From an uncultured Fibrobacterota bacterium (GTDB lineage: Bacteria > Fibrobacterota > Chitinivibrionia > Chitinivibrionales > FEN-1185), in NCBI GenBank assembly GCA_963729895.1, contig CAVSQB010000005.1:160001-224000 (forward strand): DNA of 64,000 nt. Reading direction: 5' to 3'. A program made the translations under genes and the position numbers. This document shows positions 19,225-29,075 of this stretch, piece by piece; position 1 is the stretch's first letter, and the number at the start of each line of letters is the position of its first letter. The notes beneath the pieces are model-generated. The model worked only from the letters and a program-made list of their open reading frames with translations, searched no databases and had not been told where the DNA came from.

Positions 19225-21738
19225 ATGCCTTCTCTTTCTATTCTTGACCTTCGCGACAAGATCGTGGACGCTCTGGAAGCCGGCTCCAACCTCATCGTCC
19301 GCGCCCCGACAGGTTCCGGAAAATCAACCCAAGTTCCGCAAATGCTCCTTGATTCGGGTTTGTGTGAAGGCCAGATCCTCGTGCTCCAGCCCCGCCGTCT
19401 TGCCGCGCGCATGCTTGCGGCGCGCGTGGCGGAAGAGAGGGCTTCCGAACTTGGCGCGGAAATCGGGTTTCAAACTAGGTTCGAGACGCTCGTGTCGCGG
19501 GATACCCGGGTGCGATTCATCACCGAAGGAATTCTGCCGCGCCTGCTCTTGACGGACAGAAAGCTTCCCGCCGTGTCGGCCGTGATTTTCGATGAATTCC
19601 ACGAGCGCAGTCTTGCAAACGACCTCGGCCTTGCGCTGGTGAAGGACCTGCAGGAAAAACACAGGCCCGATCTGCGGATCATCGTCATGTCCGCAACCGT
19701 GGATGTCGCGCCTGTTGCGGCGTACCTGGGGCATCCCGTGATTGCCGAATCTGCGGGCCGCATGTTCCCGATTGACATCAGGTATCTTGCAACGCCTCCT
19801 TCGCCAAAGACTCCCGTATGGGATCTTGCCGCGGATGCCGCGCGCGCACTCATCGGGCAGGGCGCGCTCGGGGATATTCTGGTGTTCATGCCCGGTGCGT
19901 ACGAAATACGAAGGACGGTTGAAGCGATGGGAGAGAGAGTGCGCACCGAAAGCGTGGTTGCGTTGCCGCTTTACGGAGACCTGCCGGCCGACCGGCAGCG
20001 CCGCGTGATGGAACAATTGACACGCAGGAAGATCATCGTGGCCACCAACATTGCCGAAACCTCACTCACCATTCCCGGCGTGCGCCATGTTATCGACAGC
20101 GGGCTGGCGCGTGTCGCCCGGTTTGACCCGGGCCGCGGGTTCAACACCCTGTTTACGGAACCGATCAGCGCGGATTCGGCCGACCAGCGCGCGGGCCGGG
20201 CTGGCCGCGAGGCTCCCGGCACGTGCGTGCGCCTCTGGACCGCCGCGCACCACGCGGGAAGGGCGCGGCGCACCACGCCCGAGGTGCTCAGGGTCGATTT
20301 GAGCGAGACCGTGTTGTACCTGCGCATGCTTGGTTACGATGCTGTCAATCAGTTCCGGTGGTTCGAGGCGCCCGGCGAGGCGTCTCTTGACGCGGCGGGC
20401 CGCCTCCTCACCCTGCTTGGCGCGTTGAACGGGGCTGGAGACGTAACCGAACCCGGGAAAGACATGGCTGATTTTCCCGCGCACCCGCGTCTTGCACGGT
20501 TGCTGCTCGAAGCGGGCAAGCGGGGAGCGGTGCGTCTTGCAACGTTTGCGGCCGCGCTTCTCTCCGAGCGTCCGTTCCTTGCGGGCAGGCCCGAGTATCC
20601 GGAAGCGGCCCATTGCCACGAAATCGCGTCGGATTTCTACGGCCAGTTCTGTTTACTTGAGAAGATTTCCGCGAGCGGGTTCGATGCCGGTTTGTGTGCA
20701 AGGCTTTCGGTAAACGGGGGAGCGGCGCGCGCGGTGCTTCGCACGCAGGCGCTGTTCCTTCAGCACTGCCGGCGCAAAGGTCTGCACACGCACGACGCCC
20801 AGGACGCTCCGGCTGCGCTCGCGCTCAGTCTCCTTCTGGCATATCCGGACCATCTTGCGGCCCGCAGGGACGAGGGTACGCTCATCTGCAACCTGCGTGA
20901 CGGCCGCAGGGGCGAACTTGCCGGTGACAGCCTTGCGAGGAGCGCCCGTCTCCTTGTCGCCGCCGACATTCGCGAAGCAAAAGGCGCCAAGCATGCGCTC
21001 CGGACCGTGCTTACCCTTGCCACCGAGATCAAGGAGGAATGGCTGCACCAATATTTTGCAGATGCCTGGAGCGAAGAATCTGCCGTGGAATGGAATTCCG
21101 TTGCCCAGGCGGTTGACAGCAGCGTGCGAAGGCGGTGCCTGGGCGTTCTTATCGAAGAGAAAACAGGCGCCGGCGCAAACTCACCGGAAGTTTCGTCGCT
21201 GCTTGCGGACACGATCGTCGGCAAAGGCCTGAAGCTTTCCGGGTGGGACGGGGCAGCCGCGGATCTGATCAACCGCGTGGCCTGGGTCGCCGAACAATTC
21301 CCGGATGCCTCTCTGCCGCGCTTTACGGATGAGGACCGGAGCCTGGCTGTACACGCGCTGTGTGCGGGCGAGCGGCGGTACGATAGCGTAAAGGACAAAC
21401 CGGTGCTGCCGTACCTGCAGGAATTGCTCAGCGGGAAGCAACGCGCCTTTGTGGACGCCATGGCGCCGCAGAGCATGGAGCTTCCTTCCGGACGCCGGCT
21501 TCGCATCACCTACGAACCCGGCCGTCAGCCCCGCGCACGGACGCGCATCCAGGACCTGTACGGCGTGCGAAACACGCCGCGGGTCGCGGGCAACAGAGTC
21601 GGCGTACTCATGGAAATCCTTGCGCCCAGCAACCGGCCGGTCCAGATCACCGACGATCTTGCGAGTTTCTGGAGCGTCCAATACCCGGAAATCAAGAAGA
21701 CGCTCGGCAGGCGGTATCCAAAGCACGAGTGGCGATGA
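19225..21738 (+). CDS. hrpB: ATP-dependent RNA helicase HrpB
   Basis: APTGSGKST, DEFHER, MSAT, ATNIAETSLTI, QRAGRAGR and C-terminal RYPKHEW. Confidence 0.95.
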   Translation: MPSLSILDLRDKIVDALEAGSNLIVRAPTGSGKSTQVPQMLLDSGLCEGQILVLQPRRLAARMLAARVAEERASELGAEIGFQTRFETLVSRDTRVRFITEGILPRLLLTDRKLPAVSAVIFDEFHERSLANDLGLALVKDLQEKHRPDLRIIVMSATVDVAPVAAYLGHPVIAESAGRMFPIDIRYLATPPSPKTPVWDLAADAARALIGQGALGDILVFMPGAYEIRRTVEAMGERVRTESVVALPLYGDLPADRQRRVMEQLTRRKIIVATNIAETSLTIPGVRHVIDSGLARVARFDPGRGFNTLFTEPISADSADQRAGRAGREAPGTCVRLWTAAHHAGRARRTTPEVLRVDLSETVLYLRMLGYDAVNQFRWFEAPGEASLDAAGRLLTLLGALNGAGDVTEPGKDMADFPAHPRLARLLLEAGKRGAVRLATFAAALLSERPFLAGRPEYPEAAHCHEIASDFYGQFCLLEKISASGFDAGLCARLSVNGGAARAVLRTQALFLQHCRRKGLHTHDAQDAPAALALSLLLAYPDHLAARRDEGTLICNLRDGRRGELAGDSLARSARLLVAADIREAKGAKHALRTVLTLATEIKEEWLHQYFADAWSEESAVEWNSVAQAVDSSVRRRCLGVLIEEKTGAGANSPEVSSLLADTIVGKGLKLSGWDGAAADLINRVAWVAEQFPDASLPRFTDEDRSLAVHALCAGERRYDSVKDKPVLPYLQELLSGKQRAFVDAMAPQSMELPSGRRLRITYEPGRQPRARTRIQDLYGVRNTPRVAGNRVGVLMEILAPSNRPVQITDDLASFWSVQYPEIKKTLGRRYPKHEWR

Positions 21739-21758
21739 CGGGCACGGCGAACGGAGGC

Positions 21759-22205
21759 CTAGGTACTGCCGTCAGCCGGGAAACGAGGCGCGAAATCCGG
21801 TGCGTTCGTGCGTTCACTCCTGGAATCGGAATCCGCTCCGAGGATCTGTTTGTGTATCTCTTCCCTTATGCGCGCAAGGATTTCCCTTGTGTGAACGCCC
21901 CGCCGCTGCGTTTCTCTTCTTGCCCACCGCATGAGGCGCCATATGGTGAGCAGGCTCATGCCTTTTGAGCTTATGGTGAGCGTGGTGCCGCAGGAACAGT
22001 TCGCAAGCGCGATGGTGCCGATTGGCGACCACGGTGTCCATCGTCCGGATTCGGCGTCGTAGGAAACGGGATCGCCGCGGGGAATCGTGTTCCGCAGGTA
22101 TTCTTCGAAAGTATTAAAGCGCCGACCGCACGAAGAGCATGTCTTGGGAAACTTGGTGCGCTCTATAAACGAGCGAATGATCTTGACAGCATCGGATTCG
22201 GTCAT
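21759..22205 (-). CDS. Hypothetical protein with CxxC...CxC putative metal site
   Basis: 148 aa from MTESD with FPKTCSSCG and NCSCGTTL; lies directly downstream of the co-oriented 22217-22696 gene. Confidence 0.6.
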   Translation of the reverse strand: MTESDAVKIIRSFIERTKFPKTCSSCGRRFNTFEEYLRNTIPRGDPVSYDAESGRWTPWSPIGTIALANCSCGTTLTISSKGMSLLTIWRLMRWARRETQRRGVHTREILARIREEIHKQILGADSDSRSERTNAPDFAPRFPADGST

Positions 22206-22216
22206 GATGGCCCCGC

Positions 22217-22696
22217 TTATTGTTTGAACTGTATTGTGCAGGTCGGGCATCCCGTGCAAATTCTGTCTTCTCCCATGGGGGCAAACGAACATCCGAATTC
22301 CTCCGCCCAGCCCGAGTATTCCGCGTTGCAAATCCTGCTGCTGATCTCGTGCGCCAAATGTGTCCTGTTTGATTTCACCAGCTTATCGTACCACGGACAC
22401 CGGGCCACCGTGATTTCGAAGGAGGTGTTTCCGGGAACGGTTGTGAATTCGAAGCCGTCGAGCGACAGCTTGGCCTCAAAACATTCCCTTAACGCAACAA
22501 GACCGCCGCCCCGGTCGAGAAACTGTTTCATCTGCCTGGCCTGGATCTTGGGCATCACGCGCCACACAGCCTCGTCTATGTCAAGTGCCTTGTCGAAACC
22601 GAACGCGTCCTCGACTTTCATGAACCACAGGCCGTCTACCGAGGCGTAGCTTTTCTGAAGATAGGCCGAGATTTGCCGGGGAGAAAGCTTAAGCAT
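22217..22696 (-). CDS. DUF6125-like (V4R/ATC-hydrolase-like) protein
   Basis: DGLWFMKVE, ALDIDEAVW, CPW...IC...C..C pattern. Confidence 0.7.
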   Translation of the reverse strand: MLKLSPRQISAYLQKSYASVDGLWFMKVEDAFGFDKALDIDEAVWRVMPKIQARQMKQFLDRGGGLVALRECFEAKLSLDGFEFTTVPGNTSFEITVARCPWYDKLVKSNRTHLAHEISSRICNAEYSGWAEEFGCSFAPMGEDRICTGCPTCTIQFKQ

Positions 22697-22910
22697 AGGA
22701 TGAATCCTTTGGTATGAAGGTAATATAATAACTTGGATAGTCCATGGAAATGTCTGTTCACTCTTGTTATCAAGGGAAAGAAGGATCCTTAGCATATCTG
22801 TGTCAGGTGCGCCTGGCACCTCCCTTGAACACTATCAATGCGTATCTCGCCCCGCCCTGTCGCAGCGCTTCTTTGCTTTATCCCAATCAATCTTCTATTT
22901 TTAGCCTCTC

Positions 22911-23705
22911 ATGAAAATCATCGATTTCCATACTCACATATTTCCCGACGACCTTGCCGAACGCGCCCTTACCGCTTTAAAGGCCCATTCGCCGGAATCC
23001 AAATCATACACGGACGGCACGCTTGCCGGGCTCAAGAAATCGATGAAAGAGGCCGGGATAACCCGTTCCGTCCTTCTTCCCATTGCCACGAAACCTTCGC
23101 AGGTCGCAACAATCAACAAAACGTGCAGGGGCTTGATGGCCTCCGACACCGTTCCTTTCGGCACGCTGCATCCGGGCGTCGATTCCTTTGCCGACGACAT
23201 TGCGTTTCTCGTCTCATCCGGCGTCAAGGGCGTAAAATTCCATCCTGAATACCAGGATTTCTTCATCGACGAGCCGCGTTATTTTCCCCTGTACGAAGCG
23301 CTCCAGGCTTCGGGCCTGATTGTGGTTTTTCATGCCGGAAAAGATCCGGGGCCGTTCACCTGCGATCACGCGCTGCCGCCTGCGTTCAGGAAAATTCATG
23401 CCGCTTTTCCTCGCCTGAGGATCGTCGCAGCGCACATGGGCGGATGGAAAGTGTGGAATGAAGTTGAAAAATACATGCTCGAACTGCCGATATACTTTGA
23501 CACGTCGGCCATCCGAGAATGGATGGCCCCCAGTGAGTTTCTCCGGCTTGCGCGGAAACACGGCACCGAGAGGCTTTTGTTCGGGACGGACTCGCCCTGG
23601 TTCGATCAGGGCGGAGACGTCGCATGGATCGATTCAATGAAATTGACACAAACGGAGAAAGAACGGATCTTCTTCCGCAACGCCGAAGCGCTGTTGAGCG
23701 AATGA
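22911..23705 (+). CDS. Amidohydrolase family (TIM-barrel metallohydrolase)
   Basis: IDFHTH, GVKFHP, FHAG, AAHMGG and FGTDSPW motifs. Confidence 0.9.
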   Translation: MKIIDFHTHIFPDDLAERALTALKAHSPESKSYTDGTLAGLKKSMKEAGITRSVLLPIATKPSQVATINKTCRGLMASDTVPFGTLHPGVDSFADDIAFLVSSGVKGVKFHPEYQDFFIDEPRYFPLYEALQASGLIVVFHAGKDPGPFTCDHALPPAFRKIHAAFPRLRIVAAHMGGWKVWNEVEKYMLELPIYFDTSAIREWMAPSEFLRLARKHGTERLLFGTDSPWFDQGGDVAWIDSMKLTQTEKERIFFRNAEALLSE

Positions 23706-23766
23706 CGGCATGCGTGCCACCCGGGTCCTGGCGGTTGATCGCTTCAATCATGTAATTTTGGAGTTT

Positions 23767-25506
23767 ATGGAACTTCAAAGCGAGAACGCGAATATGGAGC
23801 TGTTGTCCGGCGACGAAGCCGTCGCCCGCGGAGCCTGGGAAGCCGGGCTTCGGGTGGCCTGCGCGTATCCCGGCACGCCCTCCACGGAGATCCTGGAAAC
23901 GCTCGCCGGTTTCGACGGCGTTGATACGCAATGGTCCGTCAACGAGAAAGTGGCGTTCGAAGTTGCGCTCGGGTCGGCCATTGCAGGCGGGCGAAGCCTG
24001 TACGCGTCGAAACACGTAGGGCTCAACGTGGCCATGGACCCGCTCATGACAGCCTCGTACACGGGCATCAACGCGGGGTTCGTCGCGGTGGTGTGCGACG
24101 ATCCGGGCCTTGCATCGTCGCAGAACGAGCAGGATACGCGATGGGTGGCCCCGTACGCGAAACTCCCCCTTATCGAGCCGGCAAGCGCCCGGGAAGCGCT
24201 CTTGTTTATCAAGGAAGCCTTCACGATAAGCGAACGGTTCGATACGCCGGTCCTTTTCCGCATGACCACGCGGGTGGCGCATTCCAAGGAGAACGTTGCG
24301 GTGGGCGCCAGGGAGGATGTTCCCGTACGTCCGTTTATTCCCGATATTCCCAAGTACGTGATGGTGCCGCGGAACGCCTACCGGAAGCACATTCTGGTCG
24401 AGAAACGGTTGCTCGCCCTTGCCGCCCTGTCCGAAACCACCTCGCTTAACAGAATAGAAAAAGGAAGCGCAAAGCTCGGTTTTATCGCGTCCGGGATACC
24501 GTATCAGTATCTCAAGGAGACATTTCCCGACGCGTCATACCTAAAACTGGGGTTCACCTACCCGTTGTGCGACAGGAAGATCGCGCGTTTTGCGAAGACC
24601 GTCCGGGAACTCGTGGTGGTGGAGGAACTCGATCCGATCATCGAAGACCATGTAAGGATGCTTGGAATCAAAGTAAGGGCAAAGCACCCAACTTTCCGGA
24701 TAGGCGAGCTCCTGCCCGAACACATGCCGCTTATTTACAAGGGCGCAAAGAAGAAGGAAGTCCCTTCGTCCGCCCGAAAGCCTGTACTGTGTCCCGGGTG
24801 CCCGCACCGGTTCGTATTTTCGGTTCTTAAGCGCAACAAGGCGATCGTCGCAGGAGACATTGGCTGCTACACGCTTGCCGCCACGCCGCCCTTATCAACC
24901 CTGCACACGTGCCTCTGCATGGGTTCGGCGATCACGATGCACGAAGGGTTCAGGCGTATACTGCCGGACGGCAAAATAGTTGGCGTGCTGGGCGATTCCA
25001 CGTTTGTCCATTCGGGCCTGACCGGACTCGTGAACGCCGCCTACAATAAGATGAAAGGTCTTATTATCGTGCTCGACAACTCGACCACGGCCATGACCGG
25101 CGGCCAGAACCATCCTGCAACGGGAAGAACCATCCGCAACGAAGCGACAAAGCAACTGTCTATCGAGGGAATGTGCGCCGCGTGCGGCGCGGACAACGTC
25201 GACGTGGTCGATCCGAAGAACCTCAAACAGCTGGACGCGCTTGTCAAACAGCGGCTTGCGGGCGACGGGCTGTCGGTGATTGTCGCACGGCGGCCGTGCA
25301 AACTCGTTGACCGTGAGAGATCGCCCGGGCCGGACTACGATCAGGTCAAGTGCAAGACGTGCGGGCTGTGCTTCAATCTCGATTGCCCTGCGCTCGTCAA
25401 GACGGCGGACGGATTCGTGGATATCAACAGGTCCCTGTGCGCCGGGTGCTATTTGTGCGTCGAAACGTGCGCGACCGGGGCGCTCACCCGCCCGGCCAAA
25501 GCGTGA
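23767..25506 (+). CDS. iorA: Indolepyruvate:ferredoxin oxidoreductase alpha subunit
   Basis: YPGTPSTE, KHVGLNVA, LCPGCPHR, GDIGCY, GDSTF and TAMTGGQ motifs; C-terminal ferredoxin CxxCxxC motifs. Confidence 0.93.
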   Translation: MELQSENANMELLSGDEAVARGAWEAGLRVACAYPGTPSTEILETLAGFDGVDTQWSVNEKVAFEVALGSAIAGGRSLYASKHVGLNVAMDPLMTASYTGINAGFVAVVCDDPGLASSQNEQDTRWVAPYAKLPLIEPASAREALLFIKEAFTISERFDTPVLFRMTTRVAHSKENVAVGAREDVPVRPFIPDIPKYVMVPRNAYRKHILVEKRLLALAALSETTSLNRIEKGSAKLGFIASGIPYQYLKETFPDASYLKLGFTYPLCDRKIARFAKTVRELVVVEELDPIIEDHVRMLGIKVRAKHPTFRIGELLPEHMPLIYKGAKKKEVPSSARKPVLCPGCPHRFVFSVLKRNKAIVAGDIGCYTLAATPPLSTLHTCLCMGSAITMHEGFRRILPDGKIVGVLGDSTFVHSGLTGLVNAAYNKMKGLIIVLDNSTTAMTGGQNHPATGRTIRNEATKQLSIEGMCAACGADNVDVVDPKNLKQLDALVKQRLAGDGLSVIVARRPCKLVDRERSPGPDYDQVKCKTCGLCFNLDCPALVKTADGFVDINRSLCAGCYLCVETCATGALTRPAKA

Positions 25507-25549
25507 CTCTTAAGCTCCCGGAATGGAATTGCTTCTGCGGGAACATGCT

Positions 25550-26080
25550 ATGAAATCAACCACAAGAAAGTCAAAACCGCTCGATAAGATCTGGAACGTC
25601 TTCTTCTGCGGCACGGGCGGCCAGGGCGTGCTCACGGCAGCGGAGATTTGTGCGGTTGCCGCCATGCATGCGGGGTATCATGTCAAGAAATCGGAAGTGC
25701 ACGGCATGGCCCAGAGGGGCGGTTCGGTCGAATCCCACATACGGTTCGGCACTAGAATTTTTTCACCGCTTATCAAACCCGGTTCTGCCGATTTCCTGGT
25801 CTGTTTCCACGAGGGAGAGGGAACGCGGCTCAATTACTATCTGAGGAAGGGCGGAACATCCTTTCTCCCGTTTATCAAAGACCCCGCGTTCCAGCCGGCC
25901 GACAGGCGTTTTGTCAACACGTACTTTCTCGGCATTCTGAGCGCATTCTTGCCGATGCCCGAAGAGTCGTGGCGGTTTGCGCTGACGTGCCAGCTCAAGC
26001 GCTTGCTCACGGAAAACCAGGCTGCGTTCGGCGACGGGAGAAAAGCGGGATGTGCGCACACGCCCGGACGGAACGGCTGA
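25550..26080 (+). CDS. iorB: Indolepyruvate:ferredoxin oxidoreductase beta subunit
   Basis: GTGGQG and SEVHGMAQRGGSV motifs; follows iorA. Confidence 0.9.
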   Translation: MKSTTRKSKPLDKIWNVFFCGTGGQGVLTAAEICAVAAMHAGYHVKKSEVHGMAQRGGSVESHIRFGTRIFSPLIKPGSADFLVCFHEGEGTRLNYYLRKGGTSFLPFIKDPAFQPADRRFVNTYFLGILSAFLPMPEESWRFALTCQLKRLLTENQAAFGDGRKAGCAHTPGRNG

Positions 26081-26084
26081 TCCC

Positions 26085-27395
26085 ATGGATATTTCCTTTC
26101 GGGACAAGCGCGCGGAAACCGTCGACAGACCCACGCTCAGGCAGGAGCAGCTTCGGCTTCTGCAGGAAACCTTAGCACGGGCGCTTGCGACACCGTTTTA
26201 CAAGCCAAAACTCGAAGCCGCGAAGATCGAATCGGCCTACGACATCAAGAGCCTGGCCGACCTGTCACGGTTGCCGTTTGCAACAAAGAACGATCTGCGC
26301 GACGCGTACCCGCGCAAGCATCTTGCCGTGCCCATGGACCGTGTGGCGCGCATCCACATGTCGAGCGGGACTACGGGCATTCCCACGGTCATCTATCACA
26401 CGCAGGAAGACCTTGACAACTGGACCGAATTGGTCGCGCGCAGTGTGGTATGCACGGGCGCAGGGCCCGGCGACATCTTCCAGAACATGATGACCTACGG
26501 CCTTTTTACCGGCGGCCTCGGTCTCCACTACGGGGCGGAACGCGCAGGGTTGACCGTTATACCGGCGAGCTCGGGCAATACCAAGCGACAGATCTGGCTC
26601 ATGAAGGAATTCGGCACCACGGTGGTGCATGCGACCCCGAGTTACATGCTCCACATTTTTTCGGAGCTCGCCCGCGACGGCCTTTGTGCTGCGGACCTGC
26701 GGCTGAAGAAAGCGTTTCTCGGCGCTGAACCGTATTCGGAGAACACCCGGAAGAAAATTGAGGAACTGTTCAAGATCGACGCATACAACTCCTACGGGCT
26801 CAGCGAAATGAACGGCCCGGGTGTCGCGTTCGAATGCGTATACAAGTGCGGCATGCACGTGTGGGAAGACTCGTACATCGTGGAAGTGATAAACCCGGAT
26901 TCGCTGGAACCGTGCCGCGACGGGGAAGAGGGCGAGCTCGTTTTCACCACCCTCAGGCGCGCTGCAACGCCGCTGCTGCGGTACCGAACGCGCGACCTTT
27001 CGAAAATTATTGACGGCCCGTGCGCATGCGGCCGGTCGCACCGGCGCATCGACCGTATCAAGGCCCGCACCGACGACATGCTCATCATCAACGGCGTCAA
27101 CATGTTCCCCTCGCAGATCGAGGAAGTGCTCATGCACTTGCCGGAAATGGGGACAAACTATCAGATCGTTATTGATAAGAAAGAATCACTCGACAGAGTA
27201 ACCATCAAGACCGAAGTGAATTCAGGTTTGTTTAAAGACGACATGCGGGACCTCGATGCGCTGTCGAAGCGCATCAGGGATGCCATCAAATCGCAAATCC
27301 TCATCAACCCGGTAATAGAGCTTCACGAGCCGGGCATGCTCCCGGTGTACGAAGGGAAAGCCAAACGCGTATTTGACAACCGGCCTGCCATGTGA
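26085..27395 (+). CDS. paaK: Phenylacetate-CoA ligase family protein (paralog 1)
   Basis: [26 protein letters not shown] and [12 protein letters not shown] motifs. Confidence 0.88.
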   Translation: MDISFRDKRAETVDRPTLRQEQLRLLQETLARALATPFYKPKLEAAKIESAYDIKSLADLSRLPFATKNDLRDAYPRKHLAVPMDRVARIHMSSGTTGIPTVIYHTQEDLDNWTELVARSVVCTGAGPGDIFQNMMTYGLFTGGLGLHYGAERAGLTVIPASSGNTKRQIWLMKEFGTTVVHATPSYMLHIFSELARDGLCAADLRLKKAFLGAEPYSENTRKKIEELFKIDAYNSYGLSEMNGPGVAFECVYKCGMHVWEDSYIVEVINPDSLEPCRDGEEGELVFTTLRRAATPLLRYRTRDLSKIIDGPCACGRSHRRIDRIKARTDDMLIINGVNMFPSQIEEVLMHLPEMGTNYQIVIDKKESLDRVTIKTEVNSGLFKDDMRDLDALSKRIRDAIKSQILINPVIELHEPGMLPVYEGKAKRVFDNRPAM

Positions 27396-27566
27396 CCAAG
27401 CCCTGTGCGCTTCCGCCCGCTTCGGCCTGACGGTCCAGTTTCGTGATTTTTTTCATTTAATCCGGCGGACAATTTATTATATTTTCCTAATCTTTACATA
27501 ACGAAAATCTCACAATTGTCACCTTGCCCATCGTTTCACCATCACCATTTGCATGAGGGAGGTTGC

Positions 27567-28997
27567 ATGCGTATCATGAGTTCCTTGTTGTGTATGTTGT
27601 TCCTGTGCGGGGCCGTTCTGGCTGCCGATACGGCTTCGGCTGCAAAAGCCGCGCCGTCACCGGCTCCTGCCGCCACGCCGAGCGCGGGAAAGGCCGTTCC
27701 GGCTCCTGCTGCCGCGACCCCGGCGCAGGCGCCTGCGCCTGCGGTTGAAGCGCCTGCTCCGGCTGCTCAAGCGCCCGCCGTTGAAGCGGAAGCGGCGGCA
27801 CCCGTTGTCAAGCCCGTGGAACCCCCGGCAAAGATGTGCGCGGCGCCTGCAAGTCCCCTTCTCACATGGAGCGGCCTTGCCATGCTCAGGCTGAGGGACG
27901 AGATCATTACCAATTACGAAACATCGGGCAAAGAGGAAGAAAAAGCGACGTTTTCCTACCAGATCGCCTATAGGTTGGGTGTGAAGGTGAAGCCGAACGA
28001 CCAGGTCTTGCTGCAATTCGACATCGGCAACGACTGGTATGCAACCGAGGAAGTGGAGGGACTTCCTGGCAATTACTGGACAAAGAGGAATCCGATGACT
28101 CCGTGGTTCTCGCTTGCCTATGCGCAGTGGGACCCGGGATTCATGCACATTCAGGCAGGTATCATCCCTGTCGCCGGGACCCCGCTCATGGACCTTCTCG
28201 GCGTGTCGATCTTTTTCGGCAGAGACTACCATAACGCCGCCCATATCCCGTGGGGAGTGGTCACCAATTTCAGCCAGACAGGGTTGCGTCTGGGAGCACC
28301 CATTTTGAAGGGCCCGGTTACGTTCGGCGTGGACGCCATGTCTGCGGTGATAGAAATGAGGCAGATCGACGCGGGGCTTGATACCATGCAGACCAACCCT
28401 ATTGCCATGGAGTTTGAGCTGGAAGCCCCTCTTACTGTTTCTGGATTCAGCCTGAACCCGCAGGCGTTTATTATTCCCAACCGCAGTTATAACCTTAAGA
28501 GCGGCGGAAGCGATATTGAGTTCGGCGCAGGGTTCAATCTCGGGTACAAACTGAACGATGGCGTTGCCTTTAGGGCCGGTTTCGGCTATGCAAGGAACTC
28601 CAACAGGAATTCGTACAAGAACCCCGACGGCAGCTATAACGCATTTTACGATTCCTACGGCGACCCATTTTCTGTTGTAAACGCACCGACGGATATCGTG
28701 AACAACGTAGTTGACAGCGTGGAATTCGACCGCTGGGGAACCAACCTGAACGTCGGCACCACGGTAATGCTGGGGCCCGGCAAGCTGGACTTTGATTTCA
28801 ACCTGAGCAACGAACAGGACATGTACAACTCCAAGGTCGACAACTGGTATCCTTTCTTCGACATCAAGTACGGATGGGCGCTCAACAAGAATTTCATCAT
28901 CATGCCGAGAGTGCGGCTCTTTTTCACCGAACCCAAGACCGGGTACGAAAACGAGTGCAAGACCCGGCCCGAGCTCATTTTTACCGGAGTGTTCTGA
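27567..28997 (+). CDS. Probable outer-membrane beta-barrel protein with Pro/Ala-rich N-terminal linker
   Basis: GAGGGAGG RBS, signal peptide, about 75 aa of AP-rich sequence, amphipathic beta-strands and C-terminal Phe (ELIFTGVF). Confidence 0.7.
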   Translation: MRIMSSLLCMLFLCGAVLAADTASAAKAAPSPAPAATPSAGKAVPAPAAATPAQAPAPAVEAPAPAAQAPAVEAEAAAPVVKPVEPPAKMCAAPASPLLTWSGLAMLRLRDEIITNYETSGKEEEKATFSYQIAYRLGVKVKPNDQVLLQFDIGNDWYATEEVEGLPGNYWTKRNPMTPWFSLAYAQWDPGFMHIQAGIIPVAGTPLMDLLGVSIFFGRDYHNAAHIPWGVVTNFSQTGLRLGAPILKGPVTFGVDAMSAVIEMRQIDAGLDTMQTNPIAMEFELEAPLTVSGFSLNPQAFIIPNRSYNLKSGGSDIEFGAGFNLGYKLNDGVAFRAGFGYARNSNRNSYKNPDGSYNAFYDSYGDPFSVVNAPTDIVNNVVDSVEFDRWGTNLNVGTTVMLGPGKLDFDFNLSNEQDMYNSKVDNWYPFFDIKYGWALNKNFIIMPRVRLFFTEPKTGYENECKTRPELIFTGVF

Positions 28998-29019
28998 GAC
29001 TGTTCGAGGTACTGTGTGT

Positions 29020-29053
29020 GAAGCGGGAGGGAACGAGAGTTCTCTCCCGCTTC
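29020..29053. terminator. Stem-loop between convergent genes (probable bidirectional terminator)
   Basis: GAAGCGGGAGGGAAC-GAGA-GTTCTCTCCCGCTTC. Confidence 0.7.
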
Positions 29054-29075
29054 TATTTTGAGAGGGACCTTTTGA

